This document shows positions 52,220 to 63,972 of a DNA stretch of 64,000 nucleotides, piece by piece. The first letter of the stretch is position 1. The number at the start of each line of letters is the position of its first letter. Position numbers and translations under genes: made by a program. The notes beneath the pieces were generated by a model, which worked only from the letters and a program-made list of their open reading frames with translations, had not been told where the DNA came from and did no database searches. The stretch comes from Chiloscyllium plagiosum (lineage: Eukaryota). The stretch spans positions 2,282,425 through 2,346,424 of the forward strand of contig NC_057750.1 of the NCBI RefSeq assembly GCF_004010195.1, written 5' to 3'.

Positions 52220-54439
52220 GAGGCTGTTGATAGACATTACTGGGCTGTGAAGGGGAATTTCTTTTAAAGAATTCTTTTGGCACTGTTGTAGAAACTAAAT
52301 GGCATGTATTTTGCTTGCCTCTTGCTAATGCAGAATAAGCTTTCAAAGGCAATTATTTTGCCGGATATATAAAATGTTTTGTTTTTGGTTGTTTTTTTTT
52401 GTTAATGCAATTAAAGAGATTGACACAGGCTCTGGGTTTCTCTGGTTTGAATACACAATCCCTCTGCTTGTGTTACTTTCAGCAGCTTTCCAATGGATTA
52501 GTTAATGAAGGCACGCACACACAGACAGACAGACACAGACAGAGACAGACACAGAGACACAGACACACGCGCACACACACACACACACACACACACAGAT
52601 AAAGGTAGGGCAAGAAATGCTGGGAGAATGCTCCAGATGGTATCTGTGGAAAGAGAAAAGCAGCGTTTCAGGTCAGTCACCTTCCTGTAACCCAAGCGTA
52701 GAGGAACATAAGTTTCTTTCTCTCTCTCTGCCATCTCTTTTGGCAGTTTCCGGCACTGTGTACTTTCATTGTGGATTTCCAGCATGTGCACCAGTTCACT
52801 GCAGTTCAGAAGGAAAGACCTTTCCTCTAGACCAGCCACCACACACATTGCTGCTCTTTGGAGACAGTCGATACACAAGGTCAGGTAATGTTTCTGATCT
52901 CCTGCTGTACCTGAGATGTGTTGCTGAACACTGCATAATTTTCGAGGGACAGAGAGCAGAAAGAAGGTGGGGTCAAAGGACTCAGGCAAAGGAGACCCTG
53001 GCCATTTGGCCCATCGAGTGTACTCTGCTGTTCCATAAGGACGTAGCTGGTGTGGTTGCAGTGCAAATTCAGAACTGATCTGTAATCAATGGCTTTGTTC
53101 TTGGAAGAGTTTTCCAGAGTCTGTATATGGAAATATTCCCTAATTTCACTTATCAAAGATCTGTACCCACTCATTCCCAAACCACCCAGTCAGTCCTCCC
53201 AATCTCCCCAAGTGGCTGATATCTTAATAACTTCCCAAATAAATCATTCCTTAGCCTAAATTCCACAGAATGGCCAACCCTCATGACTGTAATCTCACCT
53301 CGTCACGTGTAATCTCCCTGCGGAGCCCTTGGCTCACATCCGGAGAAAATTCCTGAGTGTGGAACTTCCCAACACAAGGACTGGAGGTTGAGAAGACTGA
53401 CCCCTTGCTGCAGCTGGGCAGATTGCAGCTCACTCAGGAGAGTCCAACTGCCCATTGAAACAGGAGTGCAGCCTCACAGCCTCCTCTTCTGGGTCCAAAC
53501 AGCAGCACAGAATTATTACAGCACAGGAGGAGCCCATTTGGCCCATCGTGTCTGCGCTGGCTTGCTATATGCACTTGTGCCAATCTCCTGTATCTCCCCC
53601 ATTCCTTTCTGTTTTACTCCGAGTAACCTGCTGATGCCCCTTTTGAATGACTCAACTGAACCTGCCTCCACCATATTTTAAGACCGTGCAGTCTACACCC
53701 TAACTACTCACTGAGTGAAAATGTTTCTCCACCCTCACTTCTCTTGCAGATCACTTTAAATCTATACCCTTCCTGTTCTTGTCGCTTTTGTCAGGCAGGA
53801 ACGCCTCCCTATCTACTCTATCCAGGTCCACTCAATTTTGGAAACTTCTTTGAGATCTCCTTCTGTCGCAGTCCCAACGCAGAGGTTTGCAGGATTTGAT
53901 GTTTTTTTTGGGTTGTGAAGCAGCATCCAGTTTTAAGCAGCCCCAAGTTCGATGTATCTGCTGCAGTGAGAGTGACGGTGTTCAGACCTCACTCAAACCA
54001 CCGTTTCCTCCTTTGGGTTCTCTGTTTTTATTTTGAAGTTGTCGGTTTTCCACGGAGTCTGCCATGTATTCTGTAATTTAACCCAGTAGCTTTCATGATT
54101 ATAGGGATCCCAAAGAGTTTGAGGACTTTGTGTATGATTGGTACAATGGACCTGAGCACATTAGGATGATGTGGTACTCTGTAAAGTTATTGCTAACTCA
54201 GGAACCACTCAGTTTCTACACAAGTTCCCACTGACAAGATGGCAGTAATGACTAGATCCTCTGGTTTAATGATGGTGACTGAGGGAAAACTATTGGCCAG
54301 GCAGGACTCTCCAGCTCTTCAAAACAATGTCTGGGCCTGTCCTTCTGTCCATTGAAGGAGCCTTAGTTTAAACATCACATTTAAAGGCTCAACTCCTTTG
54401 ACAGTGTGGCACTCCCTCATTGCTGTGGGATCTTTAATT

Positions 54440-54785
54440 ATTCACAGGATGAGGATGTCACTGGCTGGGCCAGAATTTATTGTCCATCCCTAACTGCACA
54501 GAGGGTGGTTAAGAGTCAACCTCATTGCTGTGGGTCTGGAGTCACGCGTAGGCCAGACCAGGTAAGGATTCCTTTCCTAACAGACGTCAGTGAACCAGAT
54601 TCCCCACCGCACCCCCCCCCCAAACAATTCAGCAACGGATTCAGGCCTTCATTAGGCCCTTAACTCCAGGTTTTTTTTAAATTGAGTTCATCTACTATGG
54701 TAGGATTTGAACCCAGTTCCCCCCCAACGTCACATTGGGTCTCTGAATTAACAGTCCCTTAATAATGCCACTAGGCCATCACCTC
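54440..54785 (-). mobile_element. Second tRNA-headed SINE family sharing its 3' tail with the L2/CR1-group LINE
   Basis: Minus strand starts ggtgatggcctagtgg...gggttcaaatcc; copies near 3632-3895, 15065-15315, 20305-20640, 50830-51150. Confidence 0.65.
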
Positions 54786-55316
54786 CACCACAGTGTCTGT
54801 TCAAGGCTCTGGGATGGGTGGCTCAGTGGTTAGCACTGCTGCCTCACAGTGCCAGGGACCTGGGTTCGATCCCACCCTTGGGGACCGTCTAGGTGGAATT
54901 TACATGTTCTCCCCGTGTCTGCGTAGGTTTCCTCCCACAGTCCAAAGATGGAGAGAGTTAAAAGACGAGGTTTTTTTCCCCAGAGGTGGGGGAGTCCAGA
55001 ACTAGAGCGCATAGGTTCAGAGTGAGAGGGGAAACATTGAAAAGGGACCTCAGAAGCAACGTTTTCTCCCAGAGGGTGGGGGAGTCCAGAACTAGAGGGC
55101 ATAGGTTTAGGATGAGAGGGGGCAAGAGACCTAAGAGGCAACTTTTTCACACAGAGGGTGGTACGTGTATGGAATGAGCTGCCAGAGGAAGAGGTGGAGG
55201 CTGGTACAATTACAACATTTAAAAGGCATCTGGATGAGTATATGAATAGGAAGGGTTTAGAGGGATATGGGCCAAGTGCTGGCAATGGGACGAGGTTAGA
55301 TTAGGATATCTGGTCG

Positions 55317-56734
55317 GCATAGACGAGTTGGACTGAAGGGTCTGTTTCTGTGCTGTACAGCTCTTTGACTCTATGGCTCTATGTGCAGGTTAGGGTGGAT
55401 TGGCCATTCTAAATTGCCCATAATGTCCAACGATGTGCAGGTTAGGTGGGTTAGCCGTGGGAAATGCAGGGTTACAGGGATAGGGTCCGTCACAAAACAA
55501 GTTCCTTTTTTCTTGGCTCAAGGAGACTCTGTCCTTGATTTGTTTCAGAGGGACAGTAAACCAGGCCGGGCTCCAATCAGCCTGGTTTGGTACAGAGATG
55601 ACAAAGAATTTTGATAGGCCTTTTGTTTATATGTAAACGGATGAGACTTCAGGCCAAAGTGGCCATGCATTAGAAGTGACCTGTATAATGAAAGGGGAGC
55701 GGTCAGCCCTCTGGCTGAGCTGGGCTGAGCAGTTTTACTTCAGTCTTGAACTGGTGAGGAGTTCAACAGTGAGGAAACTCTCTCTCTCTTTCTCTTTCTA
55801 CCTTCAACTTCACCCTGTAAGCATGTGTTCATTTATACTGGGTTTTTAAAGGGAGTTTGCTTATTGGGACTGTTGTGTATTCGGAACAGCATAATTAAGT
55901 CTAGTTTCGATAGACTGAGTTCTGTAGGGGTTCTTTGTGTTTCATTGTGTAATTTTGTGAATACATGTTTTGTCTGTTTTAAACCTGGTAGTCAACCTTA
56001 CTAACTTACTCCGGGTAATTTTCACGCATAGACGAGTTGGACTGAAGGGTCTGTTTCTGTGCTGTACAGCTCTTTGACTCTATGGCTCTATGTGCAGGTT
56101 AGGGTGGATTGGCCATTCTAAATTGCCCATAATGTCCAACGATGTGCAGGTTAGGTGGGTTAGCCGTGGGAAATGCAGGGTTACAGGGATAGGGTCCGTC
56201 ACAAAACAAGTTCCTTTTTTCTTGGCTCAAGGAGACTCTGTCCTTGATTTGTTTCAGAGGGACAGTAAACCAGGCCGGGCTCCAATCAGCCTGGTTTGGT
56301 ACAGAGATGACAAAGAATTTTGATAGGCCTTTTGTTTATATGTAAACGGATGAGACTTCAGGCCAAAGTGGTCATGCTTTAGAAGTGACCTGTATAATGA
56401 AAGGGGAGCGGTCAGCTCTCTGGCTGAGCTGGGCTGAGCAGTTTTACTTCAGTCTTGAACTGGTGAGGAGTTCAACAGTGAGAAAACTCTCTCTCTCTTT
56501 CTCTTTCTACCTTCAACTTCAACCTGTAAGCATGGGTTCCATTTATACTGGTTTTTAAAGGGAGTTTGGTTATTGGGACTGTTGTGTATATTCGGAACAG
56601 CATAATTAAGTCAAGTTTCGATAGACTGAGTTCTGTAGGGGTTCTTTGTGTTTCATTGTGTAATTTTGTGAATACATGTTTCGTCTGTTTTAAACTTGGT
56701 AGTCAACCTTACTAACTTACTCCGGGTAATTTTC
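55317..56734. repeat. 709-bp tandem duplication (CR1 tail, SINE piece, most of LTR)
   Basis: gcatagacgagttgg starts at both 55317 and 56026; identical 77-aa ORFs at 55381 and 56090. Confidence 0.95.
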
Positions 56735-56822
56735 CCTGTACACTTACCGAAACAAATTGCAAAGTTGTGGTCTGGGCTGCCTGCTTAAGAACATTTTGAG
56801 TGGTCTGGCCTAGTCCATAATA
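56197..56822 (+). mobile_element. 5' LTR of a Gypsy (Gmr1-like) retrotransposon
   Basis: Begins cgtcac (degenerate TG) where a SINE tail is interrupted; ends just before a PBS-like motif and the gag ATG. Confidence 0.6.
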
Positions 56823-56825
56823 GAT

Positions 56826-56844
56826 TGGGGACTCCTTGTGGGAT
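56826..56844 (+). promoter_or_regulatory. Degenerate primer-binding site, tRNA-Pro-like
   Basis: tggggactccttgtgggat versus TGGGGGCTCGTCCGGGAT, located between LTR and gag. Confidence 0.45.
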
Positions 56845-56922
56845 TTCAAACAGCGAGTGGTAGGTGTTAATGTCTTTATTTCGGGTGTTGGTTTGGTTGG
56901 GTAGACAAAGTTCGGGATAAGA

Positions 56923-59322
56923 ATGGCCCTTTCCGTCGCTAAACCTTTTCTGGATGTGGATGTGGTGATTTTGGAAGTTTTGCAAAAGGTGAATGATGCC
57001 AAGCTGGAAGAATTAGCAGAGAAGCTGGAATTGGAACTGCCCGCTTCTGTGAGGAAGGGAGGGATAATTACAGCAGTAGCTCAGTATTTAAACCTGCTGG
57101 AGAAACCATCAGAATCTACAGAGATGGCAAGGATTCAATTGCAAATAAAGCAGCTTGAGTTAGAGGCGAGAGATAAGGAGAGGGCAGCAGGAATGGAACA
57201 GTTTGAGTTACGATTAAAAGCGGAAGAGAAAAAGAGAGAGCAGCACAACAGAGAGAAAAGAGAGAGCTTTTGAACTTTAAAAACTGACACTTAAAAAGGA
57301 AAGTCAGCTGAAAAGGTGCGAGATAAAGGCTGAGGGTAGGCTTAGTGTGGAAGAGAGGAGGGTGAGCAAGCCCCTGGTCATCAGAACCTAGCGCAAAACT
57401 GTTAAAATACGTTCAAACATTGCCTAGAGTTGATGAGAAGGATGTGGAAGCCTTTTTCATCTCATTTTAAAAGGGGGCTAAACAAATGTAGTGGCCAATG
57501 GTAATGTGGGTTTTGTTGATCCAAACTAAACTTGTAGGTAGGGCTCGTCAAGTATTCACATCCCTATCAGAGGAGGTATCCGGGGAGTATGAGGAAGTGA
57601 AAAAGCCATTTTAAATGCATATGAGCTTATGCCAGAAACCTATTGACAATGTTTCAGAATTCTAAGGAGGGACCCTGGTCAAACCTATATTGAGTTTGAA
57701 AGGATCAAACAGAGTAATTTCGATAGATGGATAAGTGCTTTAAAAATTGAGCAAGTCTATGATGCCCTGAGGGAGGTGATTATTTTGGAAGAATTCAAAA
57801 ATTCACCACCTGAAGTAATGCAAACTCATGTGGAAGAGCAGAGAGTTAAAACAGCGAGGTTAGTAGCTGAAGGGGCTGATGATTATGAGCTGGTCCATAA
57901 AACTCGGTTTGGCTTCCAGAATCAATGTCAGTCCCTGAGGGATAGAAACTGGGGCAGAGAGAAATCCTCACGGGGAAAGGGAAAGGTAGATCTCAGTGAA
58001 GATCGCAAGGATAACTCCCCACAGGGTAAAAAAGAAACCCTTGAGGGGGACAAAGAAGTTAAAAAGCTCCAGTGTTTTCATTGTAATAAAGTGGGCCACA
58101 CAAAATCACAGCGTTGGTGGGCTAGGAGAAAGCCAGGTGTAGGAAAACCAGACAGGCCTGGGATTTTTGTTGGACTAGTAACAAAACGCACAAGGGAAGT
58201 TAGACAACTACCTCAGAGTGTACAAGATGATCAGAGATTGGTTATGGGCATTTAAACAGGCATTGGATAGGCATATGGAGGATAGTGGGATAGTGTAGGT
58301 TAGGTGGGCTTGGATCGGCGCAACATCGAGGGCCAAAGGGCCTGTACTGCGCTTTTTTTTTCTATGTTCTATGTTCTAAGGAGCAAGTGCCAGATCTGCT
58401 TAAAAAATGCACATGCAAGGGTAAAGTTTATTCACAGAAGCCAGGAGCAGTAGGTAAGGAGGTTACAATATTAAGGGACACAGGATCCTCTCAGTCTGTA
58501 ATGCTGAAGGATGAGGAGATATGTACTCCTGAGGGAATATTGCCAGAAAGATACCGGTATCAGGAATTCATGGTGAGACAAAAAGTACTCAGTTATGTAA
58601 CGTGAGGCTAGAGAGTCCAGAGAAGAGTGAAGAATCTGTGGTGGGAGTATTGGACAAACTCGCAACTCCAGGAATACAGTTTGTCATTGCAAATGATTTA
58701 TCTGATTCACCAGTAGGTGTGCTGCCTACTCTAGTTGAAAAGCCATTGGAAATGCAGGAAACTGAAGGATATTTATCCAGGAATTTTCCTTGATTATGTA
58801 ATCACAAGATCACAGAGGCACAAGCTGAAGCAGGAGAGATCAAAAGGCACAGATAAGGAAGCTAACATAGTGTTATCTGAGACTTTTCTCGATCAGACAA
58901 GTGGAACAGAGAAGGAGGAAATAGGTAAACATGCCAGTATCTTTAGCTCTGCTAAGCTGATTGAATTACACCAGGAAGATGAGGAGTTAAAACAGTTATA
59001 TCAAAAGGCATTAACAGAGAAGGAAAGTGAATGCATTCCTGTGTTTTGTTACTTAACAAATGATGTCTTAATGAGGAAATGGAGATGAGAAATGGGCAGA
59101 TGAGAAATGGGCAGAGATTCATCAAATTGTTTTGCCAGTAGGGTATAGAAAGGAGGTGCTGCGAGTGGCACATGAACTACCACTTGGAGGTCATTTAGGG
59201 GTGAGGAAAACGCAGGCTAAAATACAAAGACATTTTCACTGGCCTGGACTACACAAGGATGGAGTTGAATTTTGCCAGACGCATCATACATGTCAGCTAA
59301 TTGGAAAACCCCAGGCAGTAAT
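56923..59322 (+). pseudogene. Decayed gag-protease-integrase region of a Gmr1-like Gypsy element
   Basis: Gag N-terminus and coiled coil; capsid/SCAN-like LEEFKNS; zinc knuckle CFHCNKVGHTKSQ; protease LRDTGSSQS; integrase HHCC (HELPLGGHLGVRKT...CQTHHTC); many stops and frameshifts; cut off by gap. Confidence 0.88.
58244..58378 (+). mobile_element. Short CR1 3' end inserted into the Gypsy gag-pol
   Basis: gcatttaaacaggcattggatagg...(ttctatg)n tail interrupts the reading frame. Confidence 0.75.
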
Positions 59323-59822
59323 NNNNNNNNNNNNNNNNNNNNNNNNNNNNNNNNNNNNNNNNNNNNNNNNNNNNNNNNNNNNNNNNNNNNNNNNNNNNNN
59401 NNNNNNNNNNNNNNNNNNNNNNNNNNNNNNNNNNNNNNNNNNNNNNNNNNNNNNNNNNNNNNNNNNNNNNNNNNNNNNNNNNNNNNNNNNNNNNNNNNNN
59501 NNNNNNNNNNNNNNNNNNNNNNNNNNNNNNNNNNNNNNNNNNNNNNNNNNNNNNNNNNNNNNNNNNNNNNNNNNNNNNNNNNNNNNNNNNNNNNNNNNNN
59601 NNNNNNNNNNNNNNNNNNNNNNNNNNNNNNNNNNNNNNNNNNNNNNNNNNNNNNNNNNNNNNNNNNNNNNNNNNNNNNNNNNNNNNNNNNNNNNNNNNNN
59701 NNNNNNNNNNNNNNNNNNNNNNNNNNNNNNNNNNNNNNNNNNNNNNNNNNNNNNNNNNNNNNNNNNNNNNNNNNNNNNNNNNNNNNNNNNNNNNNNNNNN
59801 NNNNNNNNNNNNNNNNNNNNNN

Positions 59823-60135
59823 CCTGGGGTGGGGGAGTTCAGAACTAGAAGGTTTAGGTTTAGGGTGAGAGGGGAAAGATATAAAAAGGACCTAAGGGGC
59901 AATTTTTCCACACAGAGGGTGGTACGTGTATGGAATGAGCTGCCAGAGGAAGTGGTGGAGGCTGGTACAATTGCAACATTTAAAAGGCTTCTGGATGGGG
60001 ACATGAATAGATAGGGTTTGGAGGGAGATGGGCCGGGTGCTGGCAAATGGGACAAGATTAACTTAGGATATCTGGTCAGCCTGGATGGGTTGGACCGAAA
60101 GGTCTGTTTCCGTACTGTACATCTCTGTGACTCGA
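59823..60135 (+). mobile_element. CR1 3' fragment
   Basis: QRVVRVWNELPEEVVEAGTIATFKR. Confidence 0.85.
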
Positions 60136-60814
60136 TGACCAGTATGTCAATGAGCAGGGGACAGGCTTGTCTCAATCCGCAAGGGAAATGCATCAAAGTC
60201 ATAAAAGGCCGAACTGGAAACAAAGCTGCTTTCCCTTAAATAAAGGGAAAATTCTGCAGCTGCTGCAACTCTAAAGTAAAAACCGAGAAACTCAGCAGGT
60301 CTGGCAGCATCTGCAGAGAGAGAGACAGAGAGAGAGACAGAGAGAGAGACAGAGAGAGAGAGAGAGTTAACGTTTCGGGTCCAGTGACTGCTTCCATTTG
60401 TGTGGTCGGATTCTCTCTCTCTCTCTCTCTCTTTCTCTCTTTCTTTCTCTCTTTTTCACCATTGAACCACTCTCTTTCTCTCTGTTTCCCATCATCCTTT
60501 ACAGATGTGCCTTCTACTTTCTCTGTTGTATTTCCTGCTGCTCCCTCTCTCAGGCCATCCCCCCCCCACTGTGCCGAGTGACGTATGAAATGGAAAAACA
60601 CAGTCACGGGTGAAATGCTGAACTCTACAAAGTTGTGAGCCATTGGCAGCTGTGTGGCCTGCAGTCAACTCTGAGACCAACAGAAGCTTTGAGTCCTGAG
60701 CACTGATGTCACATCTTACAGTTGGACAACAACATTTGGGGTTGGTGGGGTGAGAGAGTTGGGGGGGGGGGGCATGGCTGAGGCAGAATGTAGTGCTTAA
60801 TTTAGCCCACCCCC

Positions 60815-61000
60815 ATCTCTCTCTCTCTCTGTTGCTCTCTGTCTCTCTCTTTGCCTCTCTCTGTCTGTCTCTGTCTCTCTCTTTGACTGTGTCTCTGTCT
60901 CTATCTCTCTCTCTGTTGCTCTCTGTCTCTCTCTTTGACTCTCTCTCTCTGTTTCTCTCTCTCTCTCTCTCTGTTTCTCTCTCTCTCTCTCTCTCTTTGT
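60815..61000. repeat. (CT)n-rich low-complexity tract
   Basis: Direct reading; other microsatellites near 28173-28198 (GT), 52515-52598 (CA/GACA), 60315-60480 (GA/CT). Confidence 0.9.
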
Positions 61001-61774
61001 TAAATGAAAGACAATCTCAGAGTGTGAGTTCTGAGGACTGAGCCAAAATGAAAGTTCCCACGGTCTGACTGAGTAATCTCCTCCTCTCAGTTTCATACTG
61101 TGACTAAAAAAGGACAATGCAAATCATTGGATTTTACTCTATAAGGCAGGCTCTGACCTGAAATATAAAATTATTTCAACCTGACAATGATTTAATGTGA
61201 CCATTTTCTCATGGAGGCCAGATACTTGGCATTTCCAGTGTGAGACCGGGAGGTATTTTACTTATTGTTTGATCAATGTCCTGCGTTCTGATTATTTATA
61301 GCCAGTTAAATTCAGGAAGTTCAGGAATACAACAGTGTGGTCAGTTAATATCCACAGCAGAGGAGCTGTACACTCTCTGCTCTTCACCTGAATGGGAGGC
61401 GGGTGTCACTGAGGGATCAGCAGTTAATGCCCAACCTGGTTTGTAAGTTCCTTCTAGAGCCGCTGTCTTGCTTTGGGGAGAGGGATGATTCTGTTGGGGA
61501 GGGGGTTCCTAGGTCTTGATCCTGTGACAAAGCTGCTTTGTCCCTGGATGGTGTTGAACTTCTTGAGTGTTTGTTGGAGCTGCCCCCACCCAGGGCACGA
61601 GGGGAGTATTCCCTCACACTCCTGACTTGTGCCTTGGAGATGGTGGACAGGCTTTGGGGAGGTCAGGAGGGGAGTTACTCGCTGCAGGATTCCCAGCCTC
61701 TGACCTGCTCTTGTAGCCACAGTGTTTATGTGGTGAGTCCAGTTCAGTTCCCAGTCAATGGTAGCCTCCTGGGA

Positions 61775-61947
61775 GGGGGTCAGTTAGCTCAGTTGGCTGG
61801 TTGGCTGGTTTGTAATTCAGAATGAAGCCAACAGCGTGGGTTCAATTCCCAGACACTGGGTGAGGTTACCCTGAAAGAGTCTACTTCCCAACCTCTCCCC
61901 TCGCCTGAGGCACAGTGACCCCCAGGTTAAACTGCTTCCCTCCAGTT

Positions 61948-61988
<41 letters not shown>

Positions 61989-62010
61989 AATGAAAAAATG
62001 GGACTAGGAT
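61775..62010 (+). mobile_element. Third tRNA-headed SINE family with (CT)n tail
   Basis: gttagctcagttgg (A box), gggttcaattccc (B box); antisense copies near 16590-17757 (split), 20860-20985, 41060-41180. Confidence 0.65.
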
Positions 62011-62119
62011 CCAGTCAAACTTTACCTTTCCCTCTCAGGATGTTGACAGGGGGTTTAGTGATGGTGGTGCCATTGAATGTCAAGTGTCAATAGTTAGATT
62101 CTCACTTACAGTAATAGAC

Positions 62120-62655
62120 TCATAGCACGGAAACAGACCCTTCAGCCCATCCAGTCCACGCCAACATAATCCCAAACTAAAGTAGTCCCACCTGTCTGCT
62201 CCTGGCCCATCTCCCTCCAAACCTTTCCTATTCATGAACTTATCCAAATGTCTTTTAGACCTTGTAACTGTCCCCACATCCACCACTTCCTCAGGAAGGT
62301 CATTCCACACACGAGCCACCCTCCGGGTAAAAACGTTGCCCCTCGTATCCTTTTTAAATCTTTCTCCTTGTGTCTTAAAAATATGCCCCCTAGTTCTGGA
62401 CTCCCCCATCCCAGGCAACAGGCCCTTGTCTATTTACCCTCTCCTTGCCCCTCATGGTTTTATAAACCTCTATAAGGTCACTCCCTCAGCCTCCCACACT
62501 CCAGGGAAAAATGACCCACTCTATCTTCATAACTCAAACCCTCCATTCCCACAACATCCTGGTAAATCTGTTCTGAATCCTCTCCTGTTTAATAATCTCC
62601 TTCCTATGGCAGGGTGACTGGAACTGCATACAGTCGTCCAGGAGAGGCCTCACCT
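62120..62655 (-). mobile_element. CR1 3' fragment
   Basis: GESRTRGH...RVWNDLPEEVV...KRHLD. Confidence 0.85.
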
Positions 62656-62926
62656 GTTGGAGATCTGCCTCTAACTTGTTAATCTAACGGAGAGATGGCG
62701 GAAGTTTATAATAAATATCCCATTAGGTCATACACTTTGTATTAGAGGAGGGGAGGCTGGCATTTTGCCAAATAACCCACTGCGGATACCTTATAACCAG
62801 CCTGACTGACCACTGACCAGGCTTACTGCTTTATTCCTGATGAAGAGCTTTTGCCCGAAACATTGATTTCGAAGCTCCTTGGATGCTGCCTGAACTGCTG
62901 TGCTCTTCCAGCACCACTAATCCAGA

Positions 62927-63972
62927 CACTGACCAGGCTTACTGACCAGCCTGACTGACCACTGACCGGCCTTAGTGACCACTGACCGGCCTTAGTGACC
63001 ACTAACCAATCTTACTGACCACTGACCGACCTTACTGACCATTGACTGGCCTTACTGACCACTGACCGGCCTTACTGACTACTGACCAGCCTTAGTGACC
63101 ACTGACCAGCCTTACTGACCACTGGCTGGCCTTACTGACCACTGACCAGCCTTACTGACTACTGACTGGCCTACGTGACCACTGACCGGCCTTAGTGACC
63201 GCTGACTGGCCTTACTGACCACCAATTGGCCTTACTGACCACTGACCAGCCTTACTGACCACTGACCAGCCTTACTGACTACTGACTGGCCTAAGTGACC
63301 ACTGACCAGCCTTAGTGACCGCTGACTGGCCTTACTGACCACCAATTGGCCTTACTGACTACTGACTGGCCTTACTGACCACTGACCGGCCTAAGTGACC
63401 ACTCACCGGCCTTAGTGACCGCTGACTGGCCTTACTGACCACCAATTGGCCTTACTGACTACTGACTGGCCTTACTGACTACTGACCGGCCTAAGTGACC
63501 ACTCACCGGCCTTAGTGACTGCTGACTGGCCTTACTGACCACCGATTGGCCTTACTGACTACTGACTGGCCTAAGTGACCACTGACCAGCCTAAGTGACC
63601 ACTGACCGGCCTTAGTGACCGCTGACCAGCCTTACTGACTACTGACCAGCCTTAGTGACTGCTGACCGGCCTTACTGACCACTGGCTGGCCTTACTGACC
63701 ACTGACCAGCCTTACTGACTACTGACTGGCCTAAGTGACCACTGACCGGCCTTAGTGACTGCTGACTGGCCTTACTGACCACCAATTGGCCTTACTGACC
63801 ACTGACCAGCCTTACTGACCACTGACCAGCCTTACTGACTACTGACTGGCCTACGTGACCACTGACCGGCCTTAGTGACCGCTGACTGGCCTTACTGACC
63901 ACCGATTGGCCTTACTGACTACTGACTGGCCTTACTGACCACTGACCAGCCTTGGTGACCACTGACTGGCTA
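62927..63972. repeat. 20-bp minisatellite, about 50 units
   Basis: Consensus cactgaccggccttactgac repeated in register. Confidence 0.97.

Noticed and set aside
62927..63972. Regular repeat array as CRISPR
   Set aside because: No unique spacers, no cas genes, vertebrate context; plain minisatellite
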